Positions 31,003 through 42,025 of a stretch of 64,000 nucleotides of DNA are shown piece by piece. Both the position numbers and the translations under genes were made by a program. Origin of the DNA: Halarcobacter sp. (GTDB taxonomy: Bacteria; Campylobacterota; Campylobacteria; Campylobacterales; Arcobacteraceae); assembly GCA_963676565.1 (NCBI GenBank), contig OY781089.1:2784001-2848000 (forward strand), given 5' to 3'. Position 1 is the stretch's first letter, and each line of letters opens with the position of its first letter. The notes below the pieces were generated by a model. That model ran no database searches. It saw nothing but the letters and a program-made list of their open reading frames with translations, and was not told where the DNA came from.

Positions 31003-32717
31003 TTTACACCACCTAATATTTTATCTAAAGAATAAAGTCTCATAAGTTTATGATATTGATTTGTTTTCGTTAAATGATCTATCACTATTTTTGAATCTAT
31101 ATATGTATCTAAATTATTTAAAGTATTAACTTTTTTTGCTTCTATATATTTTTTAGCATAATCTACTGTAAAACCTATCTTGGGCCTAATCAATAACTCT
31201 TTTGACAATATACTATTTCCAATATTTCTTAAAATGATTTTAGATTTCTTTAAATTAATTTTCTTTTTTAATGGTAAGTTTAAAGCAAATTTTATTATTT
31301 CTATATCTAAAAAAGGAAGTCTCATTTCTACACCGTGGGACATACTCATTCTATCTGCTCTAGATAGAAGTGGTACTAAATACTCTTCAAGTTCTGTAGC
31401 CAAATAAGTAAGCATTTTTCTCTCAGTTTTATCTTTGATGAAACTATATTTTGCTTCATATTTTGAAAATCGTTCATTGTTATAGATATGCTCTATTGTT
31501 GGCTCTATATTTGCTGTTTTTGTATTTCCTCTTGCATACAATAAAGATTGTAAAAACTTAGTAGGTAAAAATTTACTATATTTATCTAATAAAAGTGACT
31601 TATAGTATAATTGATGATAAGGATAACCTCCGAAAAGTTCATCCGCACCCTCTCCACCTAAAAGTACTTTATAACCATTTTCTTGTGCTAGTTTTGACAC
31701 ATTTAAAATACCTACTGCATTAGTATGAACTAAAGGATATTCCCAATAAAAAAGTGTGTTATCAAAATCTTTTTTAAATACTTCATAGTCTAAATCTTTA
31801 TACACTATATCTACATCTAAATCTTTTGCTAATATATTCGCATATTTAAGTTCAGAACTATCTATAGAGTTTACATGTAATAAGTTATATTTCTTATATC
31901 TATTTGCATAATATGCTATTAAAGATGAGTCAATTCCTCCTGAACCTATAATACCTAAAGGTACATCCGAAAGTAATCTTTTTTTTACAGCCTTATCAAG
32001 TAATTCATCTAATATTTGCTCACAATTGCAGAAAGACAGCTCTTTATAATAGTTTTCATCAATTAAATTACTTAATTCAAAATATTTTTCTTTTTTTATT
32101 TTAAAATCACTAAGCCCAATACTCAACATTTTAGATGGTCCCAATGTATTAATATTTGAGTATATTGACTCTTTTTTATAAAATGTGAAATTTAATATAT
32201 TGTCTAATACTCGCGTATCAAATTCGAGTTCGATACCAAAGCTAGGAAATACTTTTTGTTCAGATGCAAAATAGAACTCTTCTTTTTGTTTATTTAAATA
32301 ATAAAAAAATGGCTTTTTGCCCAGTCTATCTCTATAGCAATATAGAGTATTTTCTAGTTTGTCATACAGTGCAATAGCAAACATACCATCAAGTTTATTT
32401 ACAAATTCTTTCCCATGTTTTTTATACAGTTTACATATTACCTCTGCTTCACAGTTTGTTCTAAAACTGTCATCTATTTCATTTTTCAATTCTAAATAGT
32501 TATAAATTTCACCATTAAAAACAACTACAATATTTTCATCTTCAAAAGGTTGGTTCGCATCAATTGAAAGGTCATTGATAGACAATCTTGTGTGACCTAA
32601 AATCAAGTTTTTATTTTGATAAAAATCACTATTATCAGGTCCTCTATGACTCAGACAGTTTAATGCTTTTTTTATATCAAATTGTTTGTTACTAATTGCT
32701 CCTAATATACCACACAT
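30999..32717 (-). CDS. Second AsnB-like glutamine amidotransferase
   Basis: MCGI, HRGPD, FNGEIYN, SGGIDSS, GEGADELFGGY and RADRMSM..VEMRLPF. Confidence 0.9.
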   Translation of the reverse strand: MCGILGAISNKQFDIKKALNCLSHRGPDNSDFYQNKNLILGHTRLSINDLSIDANQPFEDENIVVVFNGEIYNYLELKNEIDDSFRTNCEAEVICKLYKKHGKEFVNKLDGMFAIALYDKLENTLYCYRDRLGKKPFFYYLNKQKEEFYFASEQKVFPSFGIELEFDTRVLDNILNFTFYKKESIYSNINTLGPSKMLSIGLSDFKIKKEKYFELSNLIDENYYKELSFCNCEQILDELLDKAVKKRLLSDVPLGIIGSGGIDSSLIAYYANRYKKYNLLHVNSIDSSELKYANILAKDLDVDIVYKDLDYEVFKKDFDNTLFYWEYPLVHTNAVGILNVSKLAQENGYKVLLGGEGADELFGGYPYHQLYYKSLLLDKYSKFLPTKFLQSLLYARGNTKTANIEPTIEHIYNNERFSKYEAKYSFIKDKTERKMLTYLATELEEYLVPLLSRADRMSMSHGVEMRLPFLDIEIIKFALNLPLKKKINLKKSKIILRNIGNSILSKELLIRPKIGFTVDYAKKYIEAKKVNTLNNLDTYIDSKIVIDHLTKTNQYHKLMRLYSLDKILGGVN

Positions 32718-33736
32718 TATGTCTTCTTTATCCCCAAAAATCTTGGTCCAGAAGAATAGTCTTTAAAACCTCTTAAAAAATATATAAAATTAGTAAACCC
32801 TCTAGAAAAAACGTTTGGTTCTTTATTTGGTTTTAACTCTTCACCATAAGGCAATGGCCCTGAAAATAGTCTTGAAAACTTAAATAATAGATTTTTCCAA
32901 ATACTTTTTTGAACATTTTCATTTTCTAAACCTCTTCTATGAATATATCCCATTTGCTTTTTAAACTCTATTGGCATAACGCTACTAACATACTCTATAT
33001 TATTATCTCTAAACCAGTTTAATATTTCTTTTATAGAATGGTCACTTTTTTGGGGTACTGAGTATTGATCATAAATCAATGCTTCCATATCTATATTCTT
33101 ATGAACATTTTCATTATATAGTCTTTTCATTCTCCAAGGATATAGCCTCTTTGCCCATTCTATTCTTTTATGAATATCTTCACCACCTAACAACTCAACT
33201 AAACCTTTTTCGATATTATTAAAAAAATGGCCATAGTTGTTGTAAACAAATAACATAAGAGGACATCCATCTTTCAATACTCTACAAAGTTCTTGAAAAC
33301 CTCTATATGGATCAGGAGTATGATGAATTACTCCCGCACTAATAACCAAATCGAAACTATTATCTTCGAAATCAATGTCTAATACAGATTGCTTATAAAA
33401 CTCAATATTTTTAATTCCCAATATTTCAGCCTTTTCTTTTGCCTTAGAAAGAGAAGCATCAGATAAATCTATACTAACTACTTTTTTAGCTCCTAAGCTA
33501 GCTATTATCATCGATTCTTCACCGGTACCACACCCGCCATCTAAAACTACTTTATTTTTAAAAAAAGTAAATGGATCAATACCTAAAGTTTTATAATAAT
33601 TTATTTTTGTATCTTTTAAAGATGTCAATATTGAATCCAAAGCATAGTCTGGAAATGGAGTATTCATATACATCTCATTTACTCTTTTTTGGATATCACC
33701 ATATTTTTCTGTGTCAAATAAATCTTGTTTAGCCAT
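32717..33736 (-). CDS. Class I SAM-dependent methyltransferase
   Basis: VLDGGCGTG and FDLVISAGVIHHTPDP. Confidence 0.88.
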   Translation of the reverse strand: MAKQDLFDTEKYGDIQKRVNEMYMNTPFPDYALDSILTSLKDTKINYYKTLGIDPFTFFKNKVVLDGGCGTGEESMIIASLGAKKVVSIDLSDASLSKAKEKAEILGIKNIEFYKQSVLDIDFEDNSFDLVISAGVIHHTPDPYRGFQELCRVLKDGCPLMLFVYNNYGHFFNNIEKGLVELLGGEDIHKRIEWAKRLYPWRMKRLYNENVHKNIDMEALIYDQYSVPQKSDHSIKEILNWFRDNNIEYVSSVMPIEFKKQMGYIHRRGLENENVQKSIWKNLLFKFSRLFSGPLPYGEELKPNKEPNVFSRGFTNFIYFLRGFKDYSSGPRFLGIKKT

Positions 33737-35011
33737 TTAATTTTTTTCTTCCTTTATTTCACTTCTTACATAGATATATTTTCCACTTTTTGTTTTTGGT
33801 ATTTCACTTACTTTTTCCCAAATAATATTTGGTTTCATACCTAGCGCTTTATAAATTTTTTCATTTATTTCATCTTGCTTATCAGTAGATAAAGACTTGC
33901 CTTCATTTAATGTATACAATATATTAATATATTCTAGATTTTTTTGGACTAAATTATAATGTTTTATTTCATCAATATAAAAAAATAATGTAATAAAATA
34001 TTGAGCATGAACTTTATGATTATCTTTTCCAGTAAGATATTCAAATACTCTACCATTTAAACCATTCAAAAAATAATTATCGTTTTCTTTTTCTAAAGAT
34101 TCGGCACTATCCATTATATCAAACCTTATTAATGGCATTACAAAGTTATGTAAATTAGTAACTAGTATATGATTATCTACAACTTCAATAATATTATTAA
34201 ATAGAAATATCTTTTTCTTATCATTCTGTTTGTCTTCAGCAGCAATAGCACTAGCTTCTCTAGAGCCATAAAAATCATATACTTTAGTTTTAAAAACTCT
34301 TTCTATCAAATCTCTATGTTCATTATAAAGCATTGCAGTACTAGTTACAATAATTCTTGGTGAATAAACTTCAATATTATGTTCTTGTATATATATTGCC
34401 AAATCAACTAAGGAATTAGCATAAGCTTTTAAAATTTCAGGTTTAAAACTGTTAATTTCATTTATTGTATTTAGTTTTTCTTTTTCTCCAAAGTTAAATG
34501 CATTTATAAACTTTATGTTTGATAGATAATTTTTGATTTTAGATTTTAAAGTAGTTCTTTTTTCAAAATCTTCTACCGACCCCCAAATTACTAATTTTCT
34601 ACTAGTACTCCAATCTACTCCAAGTAAATCTTTATAATAATAATAAAGCGTAGCATCAATCCATAATTGATAATTTCCATCTTGTAAAAATCTTACAGGT
34701 TCACCTGTCGAACCTCCTGATGTATTTTGCCAATACTTATAAGGTTTTTTCTTAGATACCAAATCTTCAAACTGATTTCGTATTGTATCTTTTGTAATTA
34801 TAGGTAAACTGTCTAAATTATTTATATCGATATTTTCTAACGCAATATCTTTATATAAAGGAACATTTTCTTTTGCATGTTTCAAAATATTTTTTAATTT
34901 TTTATTTGCTAATACTTCAAAATTATTTTCATATTTTTTTATCTCATCATATACTTTTAAAACTTCTTTATTTTTTATCTTCCAAAGTAGTGAACTTATA
35001 AATTTATTCAT
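33737..35011 (-). CDS. CapK / phenylacetate-CoA ligase-like adenylate-forming enzyme
   Basis: P-loop TSGGSTGEP, YGSRE, TNLHNFVMPLIRF and TKSGK. Confidence 0.85.
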   Translation of the reverse strand: MNKFISSLLWKIKNKEVLKVYDEIKKYENNFEVLANKKLKNILKHAKENVPLYKDIALENIDINNLDSLPIITKDTIRNQFEDLVSKKKPYKYWQNTSGGSTGEPVRFLQDGNYQLWIDATLYYYYKDLLGVDWSTSRKLVIWGSVEDFEKRTTLKSKIKNYLSNIKFINAFNFGEKEKLNTINEINSFKPEILKAYANSLVDLAIYIQEHNIEVYSPRIIVTSTAMLYNEHRDLIERVFKTKVYDFYGSREASAIAAEDKQNDKKKIFLFNNIIEVVDNHILVTNLHNFVMPLIRFDIMDSAESLEKENDNYFLNGLNGRVFEYLTGKDNHKVHAQYFITLFFYIDEIKHYNLVQKNLEYINILYTLNEGKSLSTDKQDEINEKIYKALGMKPNIIWEKVSEIPKTKSGKYIYVRSEIKEEKN

Positions 35012-35706
35012 GCATTAACCTTTTTCCTACACACAAAATTACCTTTAGTAGAAAAAATATCCATCAATGGTAATTTTATTTTTGTTTTTCTGTAAAAAGG
35101 AAAATATGCTTCATGTATAACCTCAAATCCTAATTTTTCAAGAATATTTTTTAGCTTTCTAGGAGTTATCATATTTATATGCGTTACATCAGGCTCTTTA
35201 TCAAAATATCCCCAATGTTCAAGTTTCCCATAAAACCATGCATCATTTCTAATAATAAATGTCCCATCTGACTTTAATACTCTTTTCATTTCTAATATAA
35301 ACTTTTCACAAAACTGTTTTGGAATATGTTCTATTACTGTTATATTTGCTATTAAGTCAAAGCTATCATTTTTAAAAGGTAATTCAAAGCTACTATTAGC
35401 AACATAACTTACATTTTTTAAATCTCTTTTTTGAGAGTATTCAAGTGCTTTTAAAGATGGTTCAAGAGCAATTAAATGATTCGAAATAGTTGACAAAGGT
35501 TCTGTACATCGTCCAATCCCAGCACCAACTTCTAAAGCCATATCATAAGAATCATCTAAAAATTCTAATAGATAATTTTCAGTATCTAAATGATAGTTTT
35601 CATTATTCCAATAGTCATTATCTTCCTCAAAACAACTAAAAACTGCGATATCATCTTTTATTGTGTAGTTATTATTTGATAATAACTCTGTTACTTTACT
35701 TTCCAT
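35008..35706 (-). CDS. Class I SAM-dependent methyltransferase
   Basis: LEVGAGIG, LPFKNDSFD, VIEHI and RVLK. Confidence 0.88.
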   Translation of the reverse strand: MESKVTELLSNNNYTIKDDIAVFSCFEEDNDYWNNENYHLDTENYLLEFLDDSYDMALEVGAGIGRCTEPLSTISNHLIALEPSLKALEYSQKRDLKNVSYVANSSFELPFKNDSFDLIANITVIEHIPKQFCEKFILEMKRVLKSDGTFIIRNDAWFYGKLEHWGYFDKEPDVTHINMITPRKLKNILEKLGFEVIHEAYFPFYRKTKIKLPLMDIFSTKGNFVCRKKVNA

Positions 35707-36805
35707 CTAAAAACTCCTTAATCTGTCGCCCTACAATTTTTTTACTAAAGTTTGATTTGGAAAACTCTAATGCATTACTAGAAAGTTGTGATAAGTATTC
35801 TCTATCATTCATTATTTTTACTATTTTTTCTTCTATTTTATCTAACTCATCATATTCATATAAGAAGCCACTATATCCATCTTTTATAGCTTCAATAACT
35901 CCTGATGTTCTAAATCCAATAGATGGGACTTTTATAAATCCAGCTTCTGCATATACTCTACCAAATGATTCTCCCATACCATTATTAGCTTTTGAAAGTA
36001 ATATATGTAAATCACAACCATGTAATATATCTATTAAATCTTTTTCTGACTTATAACCTAAAAATTCTACTTTATTTTCAAGTCCAAGTTTTTTTGTAAT
36101 ATTTTTAAGTTTCCCAATATACTCACCATCTCCAACAAGTTTATAAGAAAAATCAACTTCTTTTTGTTTTATTTGTGATAATATTTTAAGTATATCTTGA
36201 ATGTTTTTTTGTTTTTCAAATCTACTAAATGTAACTAATGTAAAAGTTTCATGATTCTTTTTTTTCTTAAATTCCCACAATTCATCATCAATTGGTCTTG
36301 GAATTTTCTTAAATTTTTCAAGAGGAGTAGAGCAATACTCATTTATAAATTTTATTGTAGCATCCGATATAGCTATGATTTTTTTAGCATTATTATAAGA
36401 TCTACACAAAATAGCATTTCTTATAATCATTTTGTATTTCGTATTTTGAAAAGGAAGTCTTGTACCAGCTGCTAATATAATAGGTTTAAATGAAAAAAAA
36501 GATTTAAATATTCCATATGCTACTTCACCAAAATGACCCATTATCATCACATCGTCATAATCGCCACTTTTATAAAGTTTATTAACTAAAAACATATTTT
36601 TAATCTCAGTAATATAACCACCATCACCATTTCTCACAATCTTATAAGGTAAAGTTCTATCAAACTCTTTATCTCCATTTTCATGAGGACATACAAGTGT
36701 AACTTCTACACCATTATCAACTAAGCCCAATATTGTCTGATGAGTAGAAAACTGCATTCCTCCAATACTTGGTAAGAAACCACCTGTTATACATAATAAT
36801 TTCAC
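35696..36805 (-). CDS. GT4 glycosyltransferase
   Basis: FLPSIGGMQ and ESFGRVYAEA. Confidence 0.88.
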   Translation of the reverse strand: MKLLCITGGFLPSIGGMQFSTHQTILGLVDNGVEVTLVCPHENGDKEFDRTLPYKIVRNGDGGYITEIKNMFLVNKLYKSGDYDDVMIMGHFGEVAYGIFKSFFSFKPIILAAGTRLPFQNTKYKMIIRNAILCRSYNNAKKIIAISDATIKFINEYCSTPLEKFKKIPRPIDDELWEFKKKKNHETFTLVTFSRFEKQKNIQDILKILSQIKQKEVDFSYKLVGDGEYIGKLKNITKKLGLENKVEFLGYKSEKDLIDILHGCDLHILLSKANNGMGESFGRVYAEAGFIKVPSIGFRTSGVIEAIKDGYSGFLYEYDELDKIEEKIVKIMNDREYLSQLSSNALEFSKSNFSKKIVGRQIKEFLDGK

Positions 36806-38238
36806 TTATCACCTTTTTTATACAATAATATCACTTTTTTTGAAATAATAAAGCTATAAATAACATAAGTAATTAAAAATAATCCTAACATTATAAACTC
36901 TAAATTACTGTCAAATATATGAAGAAAAAATATACTTATTATTGATATAAATAACCCATAAATTATTTTAGAATCTATAAATAGATTATATCTTTTGTAT
37001 GTTAAAAAATAACAAATTAAAGCATATACTAATTCACTAGCACCTGTCGCTATTGCAGCTCCTATTATGCCAAGTTTTGGTATAAGAACAATATTTAATA
37101 AAAAGTTAACTGCCAGAGAGACAAGTGTAACTTTAAATAAAATTTTACTATCTCCATAAGCACTTATTATATAAGAAGCATAACCAAAAAATATTGTTAG
37201 AAGATATAAAAATATTAAAGTATAAAAAGATGACATTCCTACTAAATATTCAATAGTGAAAATAAGACTGATTAATTCATCCCCAAAATATAAAAATATT
37301 AAAAACAAAGGTATAGTTAATATGAAAAGTGTTCTTTGTAAAAGATCATAAGTAGTTTTGATATTTTGAATCTCTTTTTTAGCAATATATCTTGACAATA
37401 TAGGTAATAAAATAGGTACAAAAGCCATATACCAAAAATTTCGAACAATCACTGCTACAAGAAACACCGCACTATAAATACCAACTTCATAGTTATTTAA
37501 AAAATATCCTATCATAATATTGTCTGACCACATATAAAGCATTGATACAAGACCAGAAAGGCTAATATAAAAAGAGTATTTAAAATAATCCTTATTGAAA
37601 ATTTTTTTAAATTTTTTTAACTCAATTTTTTGATAATAAGAATATATTTTTTTTGAAAAAATCAAAGCAAAAAATAAATACCCAGCTAAATAAATATAAG
37701 CCACTTGAACTATAGTAATCTTTACATATAAACTTAGTACATACAAAGCCACTAAAGGAAATACCTTATGCCAAACAAGTTCATGCAATTTTGTGTAGAG
37801 AAAATTACCTTTTGTAATAGCTATCTTCATCTGAGAAGAGACAAAAGCATTAAGTACTATATATATTCCTAAAATATTTGCTAAAGATGTAAAATCTTCT
37901 ATAAAAGCACTTTCCAAACTACCTTGAAAAAGTACAATCAAAAAATAAAAAAATCCACCAACAACTAAAGGTAAAAAAAGAGAAAAATAATACACATTTT
38001 TAAGTGCATTTAATTTTTGCTTCTCTTCATATAATGGAATATAACGCATTAATCCAGCAGACATACCAAAATTAGCAAAAATAGATAATATAGAAAATAA
38101 AGTTAATGATAATGAAAAAAGACCGAAATCACTAACCGTAAGATTTTTTGTCAAAAAACTATTCCACAAAAAACCAAATATTAAAAATATTGGCTGTAGA
38201 ATAATATGGATTTTCGCTGTATTAAATAATCTAATCAT
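36802..38238 (-). CDS. wzx: Wzx flippase (MOP family)
   Basis: Many TM helices; DNIMIGYF..EVGIYS and LIPKLGIIGAAIAT. Confidence 0.88.
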   Translation of the reverse strand: MIRLFNTAKIHIILQPIFLIFGFLWNSFLTKNLTVSDFGLFSLSLTLFSILSIFANFGMSAGLMRYIPLYEEKQKLNALKNVYYFSLFLPLVVGGFFYFLIVLFQGSLESAFIEDFTSLANILGIYIVLNAFVSSQMKIAITKGNFLYTKLHELVWHKVFPLVALYVLSLYVKITIVQVAYIYLAGYLFFALIFSKKIYSYYQKIELKKFKKIFNKDYFKYSFYISLSGLVSMLYMWSDNIMIGYFLNNYEVGIYSAVFLVAVIVRNFWYMAFVPILLPILSRYIAKKEIQNIKTTYDLLQRTLFILTIPLFLIFLYFGDELISLIFTIEYLVGMSSFYTLIFLYLLTIFFGYASYIISAYGDSKILFKVTLVSLAVNFLLNIVLIPKLGIIGAAIATGASELVYALICYFLTYKRYNLFIDSKIIYGLFISIISIFFLHIFDSNLEFIMLGLFLITYVIYSFIISKKVILLYKKGDK

Positions 38239-39715
38239 TTAAAATTTTTAAAATACTATCAATAATTTGTTTTTGATTCTTTATTAAATCTTCTTTTGTC
38301 ATTTCGGTGTAATAATCAGGTTCCATAATCAACATATCATAAGACTCTTCAATAACAGATGATAAGAAATATTCAAGTTTATATTCATCAAACAAATAAT
38401 TATCTAATTTATTTCTAATAAGTTCACTCCATTTAGTAATTGCTATATCTTTTAATTTCAATACCAAATCACAATTATTAAAAAAAACATTACCAACAGT
38501 TATTACTGGTTTTTTAAGTATTAATCCTTCTAATCCTACAGTTCCTGTAATAGTAAATATCATTTTAGATTTTTTGATTAATTCTTTACTATCAATTGAT
38601 GGATGTAATAAAATTACATTTGGTAATTCTTTTAATTGCTTGTAAAACAAAATTGTATTTTTACCAAACATATTAGGATGCTCTTTAATTACTAATCTAT
38701 AATCCATTGGTAAAGACTTTGACAATGTCTCTGCAACAAAGATTTGATTTAAATAGAATGGAGCACATGTCATAGTAGTTGCTTCAGGCTGCATGTGTAA
38801 AGGGAAATATACATATTTAAACTCATTTAACTCTTTTATATCAATTTTTTTTAATAAATTTAATCTATTAATATATTTTCTTTGTAACCTTACTTTTAAT
38901 TCTTCATTAAAAAGTTTTTTAAATGGATTTGGTTTTGTATGACCTGTATATTTTTTAGTTATGTAATACCTAAATGAATATCGAAAAAATCTTTTAATAC
39001 CACCAAAATAATCTTTTCTTTTTTTATCATTAATCTTTTCATAAAAAGGCTTATCGAAATTTTCTCTATATTTTTGAATCATCTCTTTAGCTTTTTGTAT
39101 CGATATATCACTTGGTTTTAGATTTTTATTTAATTTATATTCATTCGATATAGACCAAAAACTTTTTTTATCAATTCTTAATAGTTCAGGAACAATTATT
39201 TTAATTCCTAATTTTTTTGCAACTGCAAAAGATATAAGATGAGGCATTGAAGCATAAGCATTAGTTACAATTAAATCAATTTTTTCTTTTGTATATAAAT
39301 TCTCAAAATATTCAAAAAAAACAACTATCATATTTAAAATATAAAAATATTTATCTTTTATATGATTTCTATCTGCCCATACATATTTCCATAGTGTTTC
39401 ATCACTACTATATCTATTTTCCAATAAACTAATTTTATCTATTAATATAGATTTTTCTTCTTTTGAAAATACTTTTTTATTGTAAATATTCTGTTCATAA
39501 ACTTCATCTAAAGAATTAATATTATTAAACCTATTTTGAATCAATTGTTCTGTTAACTCTTGATAATAGTTCCTACCAACATTTAAACAATCAACATTCC
39601 CATTTATTTTTTTTTCTTCAATTAATTTATTAGCAATTGGAGTAAATACATAAGCAAAATCCCAATCTAATATAAAAAAAACTTTTTTAAAATTACTTTT
39701 CAAATCTATCTCCAA
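38231..39715 (-). CDS. KpsS-like (capsule synthesis family) ulosonic-acid transferase
   Basis: YFPLHMQPEA, IKEHP and TGTVGLEG. True start may be TTG 39703 (GGAG 6 nt upstream). Confidence 0.7.
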   Translation of the reverse strand: MEIDLKSNFKKVFFILDWDFAYVFTPIANKLIEEKKINGNVDCLNVGRNYYQELTEQLIQNRFNNINSLDEVYEQNIYNKKVFSKEEKSILIDKISLLENRYSSDETLWKYVWADRNHIKDKYFYILNMIVVFFEYFENLYTKEKIDLIVTNAYASMPHLISFAVAKKLGIKIIVPELLRIDKKSFWSISNEYKLNKNLKPSDISIQKAKEMIQKYRENFDKPFYEKINDKKRKDYFGGIKRFFRYSFRYYITKKYTGHTKPNPFKKLFNEELKVRLQRKYINRLNLLKKIDIKELNEFKYVYFPLHMQPEATTMTCAPFYLNQIFVAETLSKSLPMDYRLVIKEHPNMFGKNTILFYKQLKELPNVILLHPSIDSKELIKKSKMIFTITGTVGLEGLILKKPVITVGNVFFNNCDLVLKLKDIAITKWSELIRNKLDNYLFDEYKLEYFLSSVIEESYDMLIMEPDYYTEMTKEDLIKNQKQIIDSILKILND

Positions 39716-39910
39716 ATGTATAATTCTTTATAGTAAATGTACTATCTTTGTTTAAATAAAAAACACCTACTTTCATTTTTTGCCTTTTATATTTTAACAA
39801 TACCTTTTTCTATGAAAATTTCAAATATAAAAAAAGTAATGTATTTTTATTAATATACTTACTTGTATTCCCATCTCATAATATGATTATTAATATTGAA
39901 TTTTATTCAT

Positions 39911-41035
39911 TTAGTTTAAAACCTCAAACAATGTTTTTAATATATAATTTTGTTCTTCATTATTAAGTAATGGATACATAGGTAAAGAGAAACATTCTTT
40001 ATAATATTTATCCATTATAGGAGTATTTTCATTACCATAACCTAAAGATGTATAATATGGTTGTTTATTGATAGGAATATAGTGAACTTGAATTCCTATA
40101 TTCTTATCTTTAAGCTTTATAAACAACTCTTCTCTAGATATATTTAATTTACTAAAATCAACTTGAACTACATATAGATGATATGATGATTTTCCATCAA
40201 ACTTATAAAGTGGTTTTACAATAGTGTTTTCAAATGCTTTATCATAATTTTTTGCTATTTCAAATCTTCTTTGTAAAAAATCAACTTGCTTTTTTAATTG
40301 ACTTAGACCTAAAGCACATTGAATATCTGTGATACGATAGTTATACCCTAACTCATGCATTTCATATTCCCATGGTTTCATATCTGGTGTTTTAATCATC
40401 CCATGAGCACGAAGTTGCAGTAATTTTTCATATATATCTTTAGAGTTAGTAGTTATAGCTCCGCCTTCTCCTGTTGTAAGGTGTTTTACAGGATGAAAAG
40501 AAAAGATTCCACAGTCACTATAGGTACAACTTCCTGACTTTATATCATTAAATTTAGCGCCAATTGAGTGAGAATTATCTTCCAAAATAGTTATATTATA
40601 AGTCTCTTTTAAATGTTTTAATTTTTTTTGATCTAGCATTCTACCACTAAAAGAAACTGCATATATAGCTTTAATATTTGTATCTTTTTTTAATTTTTGT
40701 TCACAAAGTTCTAAATCTATATTTCCATCTTCAGCAATATCTACAAAAATAGGTTTTGCACCAACATAAAGTATACTATTAGAAGTAGCTAAAAAAGAAT
40801 TAGGGGTCGTTAATACTCTGTCTTCCTCTTCTAAAAGACATAAAGAAGCTAAATGAAGTGCTGCAGTTCCATTTGAAACTACTACTGCATAATTAGAACC
40901 ACAATAATCTGCTAATGCCTCTTCAAACTCTTTTATTTTTGGTCCTGTTGTTAAAAAATCTGACTGCAAAGCTTTTTCAACAGCATTTATATCATCTTGT
41001 TGAATAAATTGTTTACCATAAGGGATAAAATTCAT
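39911..41035 (-). CDS. pseC: UDP-4-amino-4,6-dideoxy-L-AltNAc transaminase
   Basis: IPYGKQ, SNGTAALH, FSFHPVKHLTTGEGG and GYNYRITD; directly after pseB. Confidence 0.9.
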   Translation of the reverse strand: MNFIPYGKQFIQQDDINAVEKALQSDFLTTGPKIKEFEEALADYCGSNYAVVVSNGTAALHLASLCLLEEEDRVLTTPNSFLATSNSILYVGAKPIFVDIAEDGNIDLELCEQKLKKDTNIKAIYAVSFSGRMLDQKKLKHLKETYNITILEDNSHSIGAKFNDIKSGSCTYSDCGIFSFHPVKHLTTGEGGAITTNSKDIYEKLLQLRAHGMIKTPDMKPWEYEMHELGYNYRITDIQCALGLSQLKKQVDFLQRRFEIAKNYDKAFENTIVKPLYKFDGKSSYHLYVVQVDFSKLNISREELFIKLKDKNIGIQVHYIPINKQPYYTSLGYGNENTPIMDKYYKECFSLPMYPLLNNEEQNYILKTLFEVLN

Positions 41036-42022
<987 letters not shown>

Positions 42023-42025
42023 CTA

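Noticed and set aside
39693..39776. 27-aa ORF as the frameshifted N-terminus of the KpsS-like gene
   Set aside because: Removing a base from the T6 run gives an immediate stop, and the KpsS-like ORF has its own GGAG-TTG start at 39703
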